Part shown: positions 9,163 through 18,563 of the stretch, in pieces
Layout of the letters: every line of letters begins with the position of its first letter
Position numbering within the stretch: the first letter of the stretch is position 1
Assembly (NCBI GenBank): GCA_039931615.1
Contig: JBDTRR010000001.1
Location: 202,593-266,592 of the forward strand
Direction of reading: 5' to 3'
Source of the DNA: Acidobacteriota bacterium
GTDB lineage: Bacteria > Acidobacteriota > Vicinamibacteria > Vicinamibacterales > CAVVIG01
Length of the DNA: 64,000 nucleotides
Notes under the pieces: model-generated
What the model was told of the DNA's origin: nothing
Seen by the model: the letters and a program-made list of their open reading frames with translations, nothing else
Database searches by the model: none
Translations under genes and position numbers: made by a program

Positions 9163-9567
9163 CTACCGCGCCCAGTTCTCCACCTTCAGGCCCGACACTC
9201 GCTTGAACTCGGCGAGATTGTCGGTGACGCAGACCGCGTCAATCGCTCGCGCGTGCGCGGCGACCAGCAGGTCGTGTGCGCCGATCGGAGAGCCTTTCTT
9301 CTCGAGCGCCACGCGAATCGCCGCGTAAACACGTTCGACGTCGGATTCGAGAGAGCGAACGGACAGGGCGCCGAGCACGGCCTCAACGTGTCTCGTGAGC
9401 CGCCGACTTCCCCTCTTTGCCGCGCGGTAACGCAGTTCGCAGGCGACGACGACGCTGGTCAGAACGTTCGCCTCGCCGACCTCTGCGATACGCTCGGCCA
9501 CGCGTCCCTGTGGTTGACGAATGAGATGGGAGAGCGTGTTCGTGTCGAGCAGAAATAGCGCTGCCAC
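9163..9567 (-). CDS. vapC: PIN-domain ribonuclease toxin VapC
   Basis: LFLLDTNTLSHL..., conserved acidic residues (D at DTN, E at ACELRY, D at VTDN), about 134 aa. Immediately downstream of an AbrB-type antitoxin gene. Confidence 0.85.
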   Translation of the reverse strand: MAALFLLDTNTLSHLIRQPQGRVAERIAEVGEANVLTSVVVACELRYRAAKRGSRRLTRHVEAVLGALSVRSLESDVERVYAAIRVALEKKGSPIGAHDLLVAAHARAIDAVCVTDNLAEFKRVSGLKVENWAR

Positions 9568-9568
9568 G

Positions 9569-9802
9569 TCAGAGCTCGACTGGCTCGGCGGCCGGGCGGA
9601 CGATGGGTGGGAAGTCCTCGTCGAGCGGTTTCAGTTTTGCCAGGACCGCCAGCAGGGAGGGCCCGGCGACGGGCTCCACGATCAGCCGCGAGCCTTCCTT
9701 CCGCAGAGTCGCCGCGTGGCCTGGCAACTCGAGGTCGCGCGGTATCCGAAGGGCCTGATTGCGGCCGTTCCTGAACAGGCGCACGTGACGTTCCTGGAGC
9801 AT
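9569..9802 (-). CDS. vapB: AbrB/SpoVT-family antitoxin VapB
   Basis: MLQERHVRLFRNGRNQALRIPRDLEL... is the typical SpoVT/AbrB swapped-hairpin antitoxin N-terminus. The stop lies 1 nt before the vapC start. An alternative start is at 9817. Confidence 0.8.
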   Translation of the reverse strand: MLQERHVRLFRNGRNQALRIPRDLELPGHAATLRKEGSRLIVEPVAGPSLLAVLAKLKPLDEDFPPIVRPAAEPVEL

Positions 9803-10148
9803 TGATCCCTTTGGCATATGCCGTACATCTGCTACGGCCAGCCGGGGCCTGTGCGCAACCGGACCCGGCGCCCCCGCCGCACGTCGCCCGCGACCGAAAC
9901 GCCGAGGAGGCATCCCGCGGGGGCTTCGTGCCGCGAGCCAGAGCGCCTGGCATCGAGCGTCGAGGCATCGTGCCAGTCCCACACCCTGTCGCCCGGCCCC
10001 GCCAACGGCTGGAGAAGCCGACCCCAACCTCATCTGCGCACCATTGGGAGGAAAGTTGACGGAATGTACTGGACCATGGCAGGCTCAACGATTGCGCGGC
10101 ACCGGCGGCAGTCAGTGCCGGCGAGACACCCGCGCCCGTCCCGGCGTC

Positions 10149-10547
10149 ATGATGACCGTGATCTTTGCGTGTGTTCACAATGCGGGTCGATCGCAGATGG
10201 CGGCTGCGTACTTCAACAGGCTGGCCGATCCTGCAAAGGCGCGAGCCCTGTCCGCTGGGACGACACCCGGTGGTTGTGTGCACCCGGAGGTGGTCGCGGT
10301 GATGCTGGAAGAGGGTATTGACCTGCGCGGCACACGCCCTCAGAAGCTCACCAGTGAACTCGCCGCCGAGGCGCAGCTGCTGATTACGATGGGGTGTGGC
10401 GACGAGTGTCCGTACGTGCCTGGAGTACGCCGCGACGACTGGCCCTTGGAAGATCCAAAAGGTCTTCCCGTCGAGCGGATTCGCGCGATCCGCAACGACG
10501 TTCGCGCTCGCGTGGAAGCCTTAATCATGCGAGAGGGCGCGCGATAG
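10149..10547 (+). CDS. arsC: arsenate reductase / low-molecular-weight phosphotyrosine phosphatase family (thioredoxin-coupled ArsC type)
   Basis: MMTVIFACVHNAGRSQMAAAYF contains the CX5R(S) P-loop. Downstream Cys residues (MGCGDECP) are typical of Trx-coupled ArsC. Confidence 0.8.
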   Translation: MMTVIFACVHNAGRSQMAAAYFNRLADPAKARALSAGTTPGGCVHPEVVAVMLEEGIDLRGTRPQKLTSELAAEAQLLITMGCGDECPYVPGVRRDDWPLEDPKGLPVERIRAIRNDVRARVEALIMREGAR

Positions 10548-10559
10548 CGATTGTCACCC

Positions 10560-10849
10560 AGGCGGCCGACGGGATCGACTCTCGGCCGCGGTTCCTCTGT
10601 GCATGGTCGTCTCCGTTGCACTCCCGGAAACAGCGGCTCGCCGCTCGTCAGGTACGGCCGATCCCAGACGGCTACGAATCCTCCAGCTGTGCTTGGACCG
10701 AGGAATCCGAAGATCTCGCCACGTTCCACCGTAAAGGCGACGTCGCGAACGGCGGGCCGGTTCGCACCGGGATAGGAAAGGCAGAAGGACCGGGTCTGAA
10801 TCACCGGATCGGTTGATCTGGGCCGTCCGAACGTGAAGAGCGCCGGCAT
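10560..10849 (-). pseudogene. ABC transporter ATP-binding protein, N-terminal fragment, decayed at Walker A
   Basis: ...IQTRSFCLSYPGANRPAVRDVAFTVERGEIFGFLGPS-AGG... is the pre-Walker-A region of ABC ATPases. The Walker A motif is disrupted and the rest of the gene is absent. Confidence 0.5.
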
Positions 10850-10909
10850 CGTCCGCGGTCATGTCCGTTCGCTCTTCCTCACCACCAACGAAGCATCCCA
10901 GACCAAGCC

Positions 10910-11965
10910 TCACATCAGCCGCAGGGCCCCTCGAAGGTCTGTCACCGGCTCGTTTGTGCCCAGTTCCTGACACAGCGCGGGCGTGGCGAGAAAGGCGCGG
11001 CCGCCGACGATGATGCGAGGCGGCGACAACGCGAACCGCTCCCGGATGTCGCCGACCAGGCGGATCACTTTCGGGAGGCTGAAGAGCATCGTGGCTGAGA
11101 TCCCGACGACATCGGGCCGATGCTCCTCGATGGCCTGCAGAATGCCGGCGTGCGGCATGTTCGTGCCGAGGAAACGCACGTCCCACCCGCGCAGCTCGAA
11201 GACGTCGGCCACCATGTTGGGCCCGATCTGGTGCAGTTCGCCATCGATGCCCGTGACGAGCATGCGGCCCGCCGTCGGCGCGACGGGCTCGACCTCCTGG
11301 TAGACCTGTGCCATCACGTACTGCGTGATCGCGGTGGCCATGTGCTCCTCGGCGACGGTGATGCGGTTGGTTTCCCACAGCCGCCCCACCTCGTACTGCG
11401 AGCTCTGGAACAGATCGACGTAGAGGTCGACCACATCGGCGGTCTGCTTCAGGGCCTGCAGCGCGACGCCTGCGGCGGCGCGCCGCTCGCCCTTGATCGC
11501 GGCCTGCAGGTACAGATCGCGCGCCTGGGCCAGCGCCTCCGTCGGCACGCCGGCCGCCACCTCGGTGTCCGGCTCCTGCTCGCAGGCGCTCGCGGCGGCG
11601 GCGACATACTCGTCCACCAGGGCCGCCTGCTGGGCGCTGAGCACTTGTCGCAGGGCCTCGCCGATTTGCCGCAGGTTCTCGGCGACGAAGTGCGGCGCGA
11701 TGTTACGGGCGCGCAGCATCCCCGTCGTCCAGTGGGCGTACGCCTTCAATGGCTCCACCGACCCGCTCTCGATGGCGCTGGCCAGATAGCTCTGGTGATA
11801 GACGGCATCTTCGATGCCCAGCCGGCGCCCGCGATCGCCATAGCGGGTCACCCAATCGGGATGACGGACGAAGAACGCGTCGGTCACCTGCTCGGCGACC
11901 GATTGCCGCGCCGCGTTGATCGCTGCCGACAGGGCGATGCGCTCACCGAGCGAGAGTTCTGTCAT
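10910..11965 (-). CDS. standalone cobalamin-binding protein, CarH-type B12-binding module with an N-terminal helical domain and no DNA-binding domain
   Basis: The four-helix B12-binding_2 region has [19 protein letters not shown] (W-x9-E-H). The Rossmann B12 domain has GELHQIG (His-on ExHxxG), GISATM (SxL-like) and IIVGGRAF (GG). There is a 4-nt overlap (ATGA) with the upstream kinase gene. Confidence 0.8.
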   Translation of the reverse strand: MTELSLGERIALSAAINAARQSVAEQVTDAFFVRHPDWVTRYGDRGRRLGIEDAVYHQSYLASAIESGSVEPLKAYAHWTTGMLRARNIAPHFVAENLRQIGEALRQVLSAQQAALVDEYVAAAASACEQEPDTEVAAGVPTEALAQARDLYLQAAIKGERRAAAGVALQALKQTADVVDLYVDLFQSSQYEVGRLWETNRITVAEEHMATAITQYVMAQVYQEVEPVAPTAGRMLVTGIDGELHQIGPNMVADVFELRGWDVRFLGTNMPHAGILQAIEEHRPDVVGISATMLFSLPKVIRLVGDIRERFALSPPRIIVGGRAFLATPALCQELGTNEPVTDLRGALRLM

Positions 11966-13224
11966 CGTGCACTCCTGGTCTCCGCTGCCGCCGCCGGGGG
12001 CTGCGGCAGGGTGAAAGCGAAGCGGCTGCCCTTGCCGAATTCGCTATCGACGGTGATTCGGCCGCCATGGGCCTCGACGAGGTGCTTGCAGATGGAGAGC
12101 CCGAGGCCCGAGCTCTGCTCGTCGCCGGTCGGCCTGGTGCTGGTGCGCTGAAACGCGCCGAACAGCAACGGCAGTTCCTCGCGGCGGATGCCCTGTCCCT
12201 GATCGCTGACCGCCACTGCCAGACCCGCATCGGTGGATCGGACGTCCAAGGTCACCGTCGTGCCGGGCCGCGAGAACTTGAAGGCGTTCCCAAGCAGGTT
12301 GTTGATCACCTGCCGGATGCGTTGAGGATCGAATGACACGACCGGTGATATCGGCCCGCACGTGACGGCCAGCCCGATGCCCTTGCGCCTGGCAAACAGC
12401 TCGTTGTACTTCGTGATGTCGCTCACGTAAGGGCCGATTTCGACCGGCCCGACCTGCAGATCGATCCGACCCGACTCGATCAGCGAGACGTCGAGGAGGT
12501 CGTTCAGCAGGGTCTGCATCTGCTGGGAGGTGTCGTAAATCAGGCCGACGAACTCCTTGGCCTCTTCGGCAGACACATCGTCGCCGCGGAGCAATTCGGC
12601 AAGGCTGTGAATGCCGCCAAGCGGCGTGCGCAGATCGTGCGCGGCGACGCCGAGCACCTGGTTCTTGATCCGGTTGGACTCTTCGAGCGCGATGTTCTTG
12701 TCGCTCAGCTCGCGCGTGCGCTGGCGGACCTTCTCCTCCAGCGTGGCGTTGGCCTGCTGCAGCTCGTCGATGAGACGGCGTCGTTCGCGCAAGAGGTGAT
12801 GGTGTTCGAAGGCCTTCTCGACGACCGCTTCCAGCTCGGCGCCGGTCCAGGGCTTCGTCATGTAGAAGTAGATCTTCCCTTCGTTGACCCCCTCCACCAC
12901 CGCCGGCAGGTCGGCGTAGCCCGTGAGCATGATCCGCGTCGCGTCCGGATTGCTGGCAGCAGCCGCGGCCAGAAACGCCGATCCGGTCATCCCGGGCATG
13001 CGCTGGTCGGAGATGATCACGGCCACATTGCTGTTGGCAAGCTGGGCAAGCCCGTCGGCCGCGCTGGTGGTCGTGACCACCTCGCAACGATTCCTGAACA
13101 GGTCCGCGATGGACGAGCCGATCGCCGGCTCGTCGTCGACGACCAGCAGCCTCTCCTGCCGGCCCGCCGGATCGGCCGGCGCCGTCCGTGTGGGGCGGCC
13201 GAAACCCGGGCTCAGTGTGCTCAT
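11962..13224 (-). CDS. hybrid response regulator - histidine kinase (N-terminal REC, HisKA, HATPase_c)
   Basis: REC: [11 protein letters not shown]...[12 protein letters not shown]...TKPW. HisKA: [13 protein letters not shown]. HATPase: DQGQGI...[16 protein letters not shown]. Confidence 0.9.
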   Translation of the reverse strand: MSTLSPGFGRPTRTAPADPAGRQERLLVVDDEPAIGSSIADLFRNRCEVVTTTSAADGLAQLANSNVAVIISDQRMPGMTGSAFLAAAAASNPDATRIMLTGYADLPAVVEGVNEGKIYFYMTKPWTGAELEAVVEKAFEHHHLLRERRRLIDELQQANATLEEKVRQRTRELSDKNIALEESNRIKNQVLGVAAHDLRTPLGGIHSLAELLRGDDVSAEEAKEFVGLIYDTSQQMQTLLNDLLDVSLIESGRIDLQVGPVEIGPYVSDITKYNELFARRKGIGLAVTCGPISPVVSFDPQRIRQVINNLLGNAFKFSRPGTTVTLDVRSTDAGLAVAVSDQGQGIRREELPLLFGAFQRTSTRPTGDEQSSGLGLSICKHLVEAHGGRITVDSEFGKGSRFAFTLPQPPAAAAETRSAR

Positions 13225-13238
13225 GCCGCTTCTTTCTA

Positions 13239-14858
13239 TCAGGCCTCGGACCTGGAATCCGGGGCGCGCGCCGCCTGGAACGGGATGCTGATCGTCACCG
13301 TCGTCCCGTCGCCGAGCCGGCTGTCGATCGTGATGTCGCCGTGGTGCGCCGTGACGACCTGGTGGGCGATGTGCAGCCCGAGCCCGGTGCCCGAGCCGAC
13401 CGGCTTGGTCGTGAAGAACGGCTCGAAGACTTTCGCCAGATGCTCCGGCGCGATGCCGGTGCCGTGATCGGCCACCGTGATCACGTATCGATCGCCGTGC
13501 CGGGCAGACGAGACGACCACCTCGCCCTGCGGCGGGCTCGCCTGCACGGCATTGGCAATGACGTTGCCGAGCGCCTGATTCAGCATGGACGGCGAACAGT
13601 AGAGCGGCGGCAGGTCGGCCAGTTCGGTCCGCACCGTCACCCGGGCCTCTTCCAGCAGCGGCGAGAGGAACCGCAGGGTCGCCGCGATGCCGTCGCTGAG
13701 TCCGGCCAGCTTGAATTGGCTCTCATCGAGGCGCGAGAACCCTCGGAGGTCGAGCACAATCTGCTTGATCCGCTCGAGCCCCTCGAGGGTGTGGGCGATC
13801 TTCTGCGGGATGGCCTCGGCCAGATACGCCAGATCGATCTCTCCCGCCTTGAGCAACAGGCGCTCCTGGACGTCGGCGCACGCCGCGCCCAACACGTCCA
13901 TCGAATCGCCGACAACATTGATGAACGCCAGCAGGCTCTGGAAGTCCCGCAGGAGGGTCGTCTGGCTGCTCAGCACGAAGGCGAGCGGATTGTTGATCTC
14001 GTGCGCGACGCCGGCGGTCATCTGGCCAAGCGAGGCCATCTTCTCCTGATGCACGAGCATCGCCTGCGCTTCCTTGAGCTTGACCAGCGCCTTCTCGAGC
14101 TCGCGCTTCCTGCGAACGTTCTCCCGGGACAGGGTGGCCAGGTCGTTATTGAGCTGCAGTAACTCGTCCTGCAGCTTCTCGGCTTTCCTCGTCGGTGGTT
14201 CGCCGACGATGACGATGCCGTCTGGTTGCACGTCGATGCGGCAGAGCATCGAATAGGGAGCGTTGGGACCGACGAAGTTGAGCACCGTCGTTGCGGCGAC
14301 GGCGCCTTCGTCGCCCGCGATCGCCCGGCGGAGCGTATCGGCGTCGGCCACGACGAGGTAATCCCACAGGAGGCTGCCGGTAACCTCGTCGGTGGTACGG
14401 CCCACGCCGGTGGCGAACGCGGCGTTGCTCGTGAGGATCGTGCCATCGGGCGCGGCGGCGATCAGGTGAACGGTCCCGCTGTCGCGGAGGAACTTGGCCA
14501 GCAGCGGCGCCGAGTCTGCGGTCAGGCACTCCATCCCTTTTGGGGCGGCCGGCGCGTCGATGCGATCGAGTTCGAGCAGTTGCGTGTACGCGGGATCGAG
14601 CTTCAGCCCCTTCGGCATGAAGCGATGAGACTGATGGTGCGCCGGGCTGTGGTGCCATCGCTGAAACGAGGACGAATCGCTCCAGCGGGTCACCAGGTAG
14701 AAGACCGTGGGGTCCTCGCGGCCGGTAAACGTCTCCATCCCGAGAAAGCCGGGCACGCCGTCGACGATGTGCGGGCGATGGACGAACGCGTCCCTCACCT
14801 CGGCTTCCATGCCGTTGGCGACTCTGAAGCGCGAGAGGGCTAGAATCATGCGCTTCAC
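13239..14858 (-). CDS. sensor histidine kinase with an N-terminal ABM (MhuD/IsdG-like monooxygenase) domain, a PAS domain, HisKA and HATPase_c
   Basis: The first about 100 aa ([74 protein letters not shown]) align by eye with M. tuberculosis MhuD (FAHRAHAVENSPGFLGFQLL...YFVVTHWESDEAFQAW...H). The rest is PAS, a coiled coil, [10 protein letters not shown] and [21 protein letters not shown] start at 14858 or ATG at 14849. Confidence 0.85.
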   Translation of the reverse strand: MKRMILALSRFRVANGMEAEVRDAFVHRPHIVDGVPGFLGMETFTGREDPTVFYLVTRWSDSSSFQRWHHSPAHHQSHRFMPKGLKLDPAYTQLLELDRIDAPAAPKGMECLTADSAPLLAKFLRDSGTVHLIAAAPDGTILTSNAAFATGVGRTTDEVTGSLLWDYLVVADADTLRRAIAGDEGAVAATTVLNFVGPNAPYSMLCRIDVQPDGIVIVGEPPTRKAEKLQDELLQLNNDLATLSRENVRRKRELEKALVKLKEAQAMLVHQEKMASLGQMTAGVAHEINNPLAFVLSSQTTLLRDFQSLLAFINVVGDSMDVLGAACADVQERLLLKAGEIDLAYLAEAIPQKIAHTLEGLERIKQIVLDLRGFSRLDESQFKLAGLSDGIAATLRFLSPLLEEARVTVRTELADLPPLYCSPSMLNQALGNVIANAVQASPPQGEVVVSSARHGDRYVITVADHGTGIAPEHLAKVFEPFFTTKPVGSGTGLGLHIAHQVVTAHHGDITIDSRLGDGTTVTISIPFQAARAPDSRSEA

Positions 14859-15266
14859 CTATCGTGGAGACGGCTCGGACGACCATCACAACCGGCGCGC
14901 CGATACACGGAGCGGCCAGGCAACCGCAGCAGTTGCCATTATTGCCCGTCAGAACATCCAGGACTGTGCTAAACGACACAGCCAGTCGGGTCGGAGAGAT
15001 GCGCTCGGCCACTGCCCCAACGGAAATTGTCATCAATTGTCACCGGGCCAAGACGCCGACCAGGGGGCCGAAGAACGGATATGATCCGCCGCAAGTCGGG
15101 GATCTGAGAGCATGCTCACGATCCGCAATTCCCTTCGGCTACCCACCCGACATTCCGCTGGCAAAGCTAGGCAAGCGCATGGAAGGGTTCGTCGGCGGCC
15201 GTGTCATTGGGCGCCTGGTCGATTCATAGTTCTGATACCGTTCTCTGGTCCCACGGAGGGGCCGCC

Positions 15267-16286
15267 ATGCGCCAGTGCTACGTCGCGGTGTGTGCCGCGT
15301 TCGCGATCGTCAGCCTCGTCCTCGTCGCTCACGCGCAGGGACCAGCCGTCTCATCAGCGGGACGTGCCGGCCGCCGGACCTACCAGGTGCCGCGCACGCC
15401 GTGGGGTGATCCCGACCTCGAAGGTAAGTGGCCCGGCAGCCTTGCCTCCGGCATTCCGCTGCAGCGTGCCGAGTCACTCGGCACGCGCGACACGCTCAAC
15501 GATGCGGAATTCGCCGACCGCGTGGCGCAGGCCGAACGCCAGAAGGATCAAGACGTCGCCGGCTTCGACTTCGATCACCCGAGCGTTCCCTTCGGAGTGG
15601 TCGGTGGGGGGCAGTCGCCGCCGCAGCACTGGTTCGAACGGTCCGCGCCGCAACGCCAGGCGTCGTTGATCGTCGATCCGCCGAACGGCCGCCTGCCGGC
15701 CATGACGCCGGCCGCACAGCAGCGCATCGCCCAGCGGCGCGCGCGCGAGAACGGCGACTCCGCCTCGTACACGGACTTCACCCTGACCGAGCGCTGCATC
15801 ACGCGCGGCCTCACCGGCTCGGTCCTGCCCGGCGGCTACAACAACGGGAACCAGATCGTGCAGTCGCCCGGGTTCGTGACCTTCGTCAACGAGATGATCC
15901 ACGAATCGCGCATCGTGCCGCTCGACGGGCGGCCCCATCCGGGTCCGGCCATTCGCACCTACCTGGGCGACTCGCGCGGCCAGTGGGACGGCGATACACT
16001 GGTGATCGAGACGACGAACTTCCTCGACCGGGCGGGTGTGGGCATGAGCGGCGCCGGCGCCAGCGACGCGCTGCAGATCACGGAACGCTTGACGCGCACC
16101 AGTGCCACGACCCTCGATTACTCGCTGACCGTCAGCGACCCGGTGACGTGGACCGCGCCCTTCACGATCCGCTTCGACCTCGGCCGTGACGACCGCTATG
16201 GCATGTTCGAGTACGCGTGCCACGAGGGAAACTACGCGCTGCAGAACATCATGAGTGGCCAGCGCTTCGAGGAACGCAGTCGCTGA
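15267..16286 (+). CDS. secreted conserved hypothetical protein (paralog family of 29712-30605)
   Basis: GGAGG lies 7 nt upstream of ATG 15267, followed by a signal peptide (CYVAVCAAFAIVSLVLVAHAQG). Shared blocks with the 29.7-kb paralog include ERC...G, IVQSPGFVTFVNEMIHESRIVPLDGRPH, GDSRGQWDGDTLVIETTNF, ITERLTR and DPVTWTAPFT. Confidence 0.6.
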   Translation: MRQCYVAVCAAFAIVSLVLVAHAQGPAVSSAGRAGRRTYQVPRTPWGDPDLEGKWPGSLASGIPLQRAESLGTRDTLNDAEFADRVAQAERQKDQDVAGFDFDHPSVPFGVVGGGQSPPQHWFERSAPQRQASLIVDPPNGRLPAMTPAAQQRIAQRRARENGDSASYTDFTLTERCITRGLTGSVLPGGYNNGNQIVQSPGFVTFVNEMIHESRIVPLDGRPHPGPAIRTYLGDSRGQWDGDTLVIETTNFLDRAGVGMSGAGASDALQITERLTRTSATTLDYSLTVSDPVTWTAPFTIRFDLGRDDRYGMFEYACHEGNYALQNIMSGQRFEERSR

Positions 16287-16319
16287 CCTGGTCGGCTTCA
16301 CTCTGAGGGCAATCACCGC

Positions 16320-17846
16320 ATGAAGTTGACGTCGATGGCGTGCGTAGTGGCCGTCGTGGCCTGCCTCCCCGCGAGCAGCGCGTTTGCCGCCACCTGCGAG
16401 AACCTCGCGAAGCTCGCGCTCAAGGACACGGCCGTCACCAAGGTGGAGGTGGTCGCGCCTGGCACGTTCCAGCCGCCCGACGGCCAACCGCGTGGCCGGA
16501 ACCCGTATCAGGCGCTGGGTCAGTTCTGCCGCGTCGCGGCGACGCTGACGCCGACGAGCGACTCCGACATCAAGATCGAGATCTGGCTCCCGGCCAGCGG
16601 ATGGAACGGGAAGTTCCAGGCGGTCGGCAACGGAGGCTGGGCAGGCATCATCAGCTACGCGGAGATGGCCGAGGCGCTGCAGAGCGGCTATGCCACGGCG
16701 TCGACCGACACCGGGCACGCCGGAGGCCGCGGCACGTTCGCGCTCGGGCATCCTGAAAAGCTCGTCGACTTCGCGTGGCGTTCCGAGCACGAGATGACCG
16801 CCAAGGCCAAGGAGGTGGTCAACGCCTTCTACGGCTCGGCGCCGAAGCTGTCCTATTGGAACGGCTGTTCGACGGGCGGACGGCAGGGGCTCAAGCTCGC
16901 TCAGATGTTTCCCGATGACTACGACGGGATCATCGCCGGTGCGCCGGCCAATCGCACCGCCATCTCGCTCTGGATCGCGGACGCGGTACTGAGAGATCCT
17001 GCCAGGTACATTCCGCCGGCCAGGTATGCCGTCATCCACCAGGCGGTGCTCGCCGCGTGCGACGCGGGCGACGGGGTGAAGGACGGCCTGATCGACGATC
17101 CGCGGCGATGCCGGTTCGACCCGGCGGTGCTGCTCTGCAAGGAAGGGGACGGCCCGGCGTGCCTCACGGCGCCACAGGTCGCGGCGGCCAAGCAGATCTA
17201 CGCGAATGCCGTGAACCCGCGGACCAAGAAGGAGCTCTTCTCGTCGTTCGTGCCGGGCAGCGAACTCGGGTGGGGTGCGCAGGCGGCCGGCCCCGACGTG
17301 CAGGCCATGACCTACGACCAGTATCGCTACGTCGTGTTCAAGGATCCGAACTGGGATTGGAAGACGTTCGACTTCGACCAGGACGTCGTGACCGGCGATC
17401 AGCCGGAGAACCTGATCATGAACGCCACGAACCCGGACATGCAGGCGTTCTTCTCACACGGCGGCAAGTTGATCATGTACCACGGCTGGAGCGACCCGCT
17501 CGTGCCGCCGGTGAACACCATCAAGTACTACGACCAGGTCGTGGCACAGATGGGCGGCGCGGCCAAGGCGGCGGGGCACGTGCGGCTCTTCATGGCGCCC
17601 GGCATGGGTCACTGCGGCGGCGGAGAAGGCCCCGACACGTTCAACAAGGTCAAGGCGATCGAGGACTGGGTGGAGCGCGGCAAGGCGCCCGCGCGCTTCG
17701 AGGCGTCACACAGCACCAACGGGCGCGTCGACCGCACGCGTCCACTTTGTCCATATCCGCAGGTGGCCCGGTACTCAGGGACGGGCAGCATCGACGACGC
17801 CACCAACTTCAGGTGCGTGTCGCCGCAAACGGCTGGCACCCAGTGA
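16320..17846 (+). CDS. tannase / feruloyl esterase family alpha-beta hydrolase, secreted
   Basis: Signal peptide. Family-specific nucleophile motif GCSTGGRQG, and a C-terminal HCGGG region characteristic of the tannase/feruloyl esterase family. Confidence 0.85.
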   Translation: MKLTSMACVVAVVACLPASSAFAATCENLAKLALKDTAVTKVEVVAPGTFQPPDGQPRGRNPYQALGQFCRVAATLTPTSDSDIKIEIWLPASGWNGKFQAVGNGGWAGIISYAEMAEALQSGYATASTDTGHAGGRGTFALGHPEKLVDFAWRSEHEMTAKAKEVVNAFYGSAPKLSYWNGCSTGGRQGLKLAQMFPDDYDGIIAGAPANRTAISLWIADAVLRDPARYIPPARYAVIHQAVLAACDAGDGVKDGLIDDPRRCRFDPAVLLCKEGDGPACLTAPQVAAAKQIYANAVNPRTKKELFSSFVPGSELGWGAQAAGPDVQAMTYDQYRYVVFKDPNWDWKTFDFDQDVVTGDQPENLIMNATNPDMQAFFSHGGKLIMYHGWSDPLVPPVNTIKYYDQVVAQMGGAAKAAGHVRLFMAPGMGHCGGGEGPDTFNKVKAIEDWVERGKAPARFEASHSTNGRVDRTRPLCPYPQVARYSGTGSIDDATNFRCVSPQTAGTQ

Positions 17847-17946
17847 GCATCTCGAAGAGCACGCATCCAAACGCCCAGATATCGGTTCGGCGATCCGCCT
17901 TCTGGCCGCGCGCCTGCTCCGGACTCATGTATAGAGAACCAGGACT
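17809..17946 (-). pseudogene. Ser/Thr protein kinase relic (subdomains VIII-IX only, about 45 aa)
   Basis: Reverse-strand reading gives [45 protein letters not shown], bounded upstream by a stop. It overlaps the 3' end of the tannase gene. Confidence 0.6.
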
Positions 17947-18563
17947 TCAAGACGACTGGCCGCAATAAGAAGAAAATATCTCGATCATCCGAGACTGGCG
18001 GCTCCGGAACGCCTCTCGTGGCCGCTCGTCTCGGGAGCCTTCCTTTGCACGGACTGGGTACGCGTCCGTTGAAGCGGCAGGAACGGTAACGTAACCCGCT
18101 GCCATCGCGGGTATCGGGCTGATCGCGGTTCTGGCGCTTCAGGCCGTCCTGGTCACGGCGACGGTTCTGCCACGCAGCCTTGCCGCTCTGATACGCCCGC
18201 CGGGTTGGTATCGCCCAGACTGTGGTTCGTCGCGGCGCTGCCTCGCCCTGGCCACGGACGTATCGATGGTGCGGATGTCGATAACGACCTCGAGGGTTGA
18301 CCTGCTAGAAGTTCGCCGGTTCGATCGCCCCGAGCCGCCGCAACTGCAAACCGCTGATTCCACATTGCGATTTGATGTCACCGAATCGAGGCCGCTCCAT
18401 GGAATGACGTCAGTCCGACAGCGAGGACCGCGAGTTCTGCGGTTCTCGGGTACGCTGTTGGCATCAACGGAGCACTGTGCGACGAGTCTTTGAGAGCTCC
18501 GCCGCCGGGGTGTGAACGATCCAGCCCTCCGGCACTCCCAAAAGGGCAAGCCCCCGGCCATTT

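Noticed and set aside
10910-14858. Detocs-like defence system (kinase plus receiver buffer plus receiver-effector).
   Set aside because: The third gene is a cobalamin-binding module, not a receiver-effector. No nucleosidase or other effector domain is present, and the context fits environmental sensing.
18316-18326. An 11-nt match (CCGGTTCGATC) to the T-arm of the tRNA-Ala gene, considered as a possible attR marking a 16-kb island.
   Set aside because: The match does not extend on either side and does not cover the tRNA 3' end. This GC-rich 11-mer could occur by chance, and intact operons lie in between.
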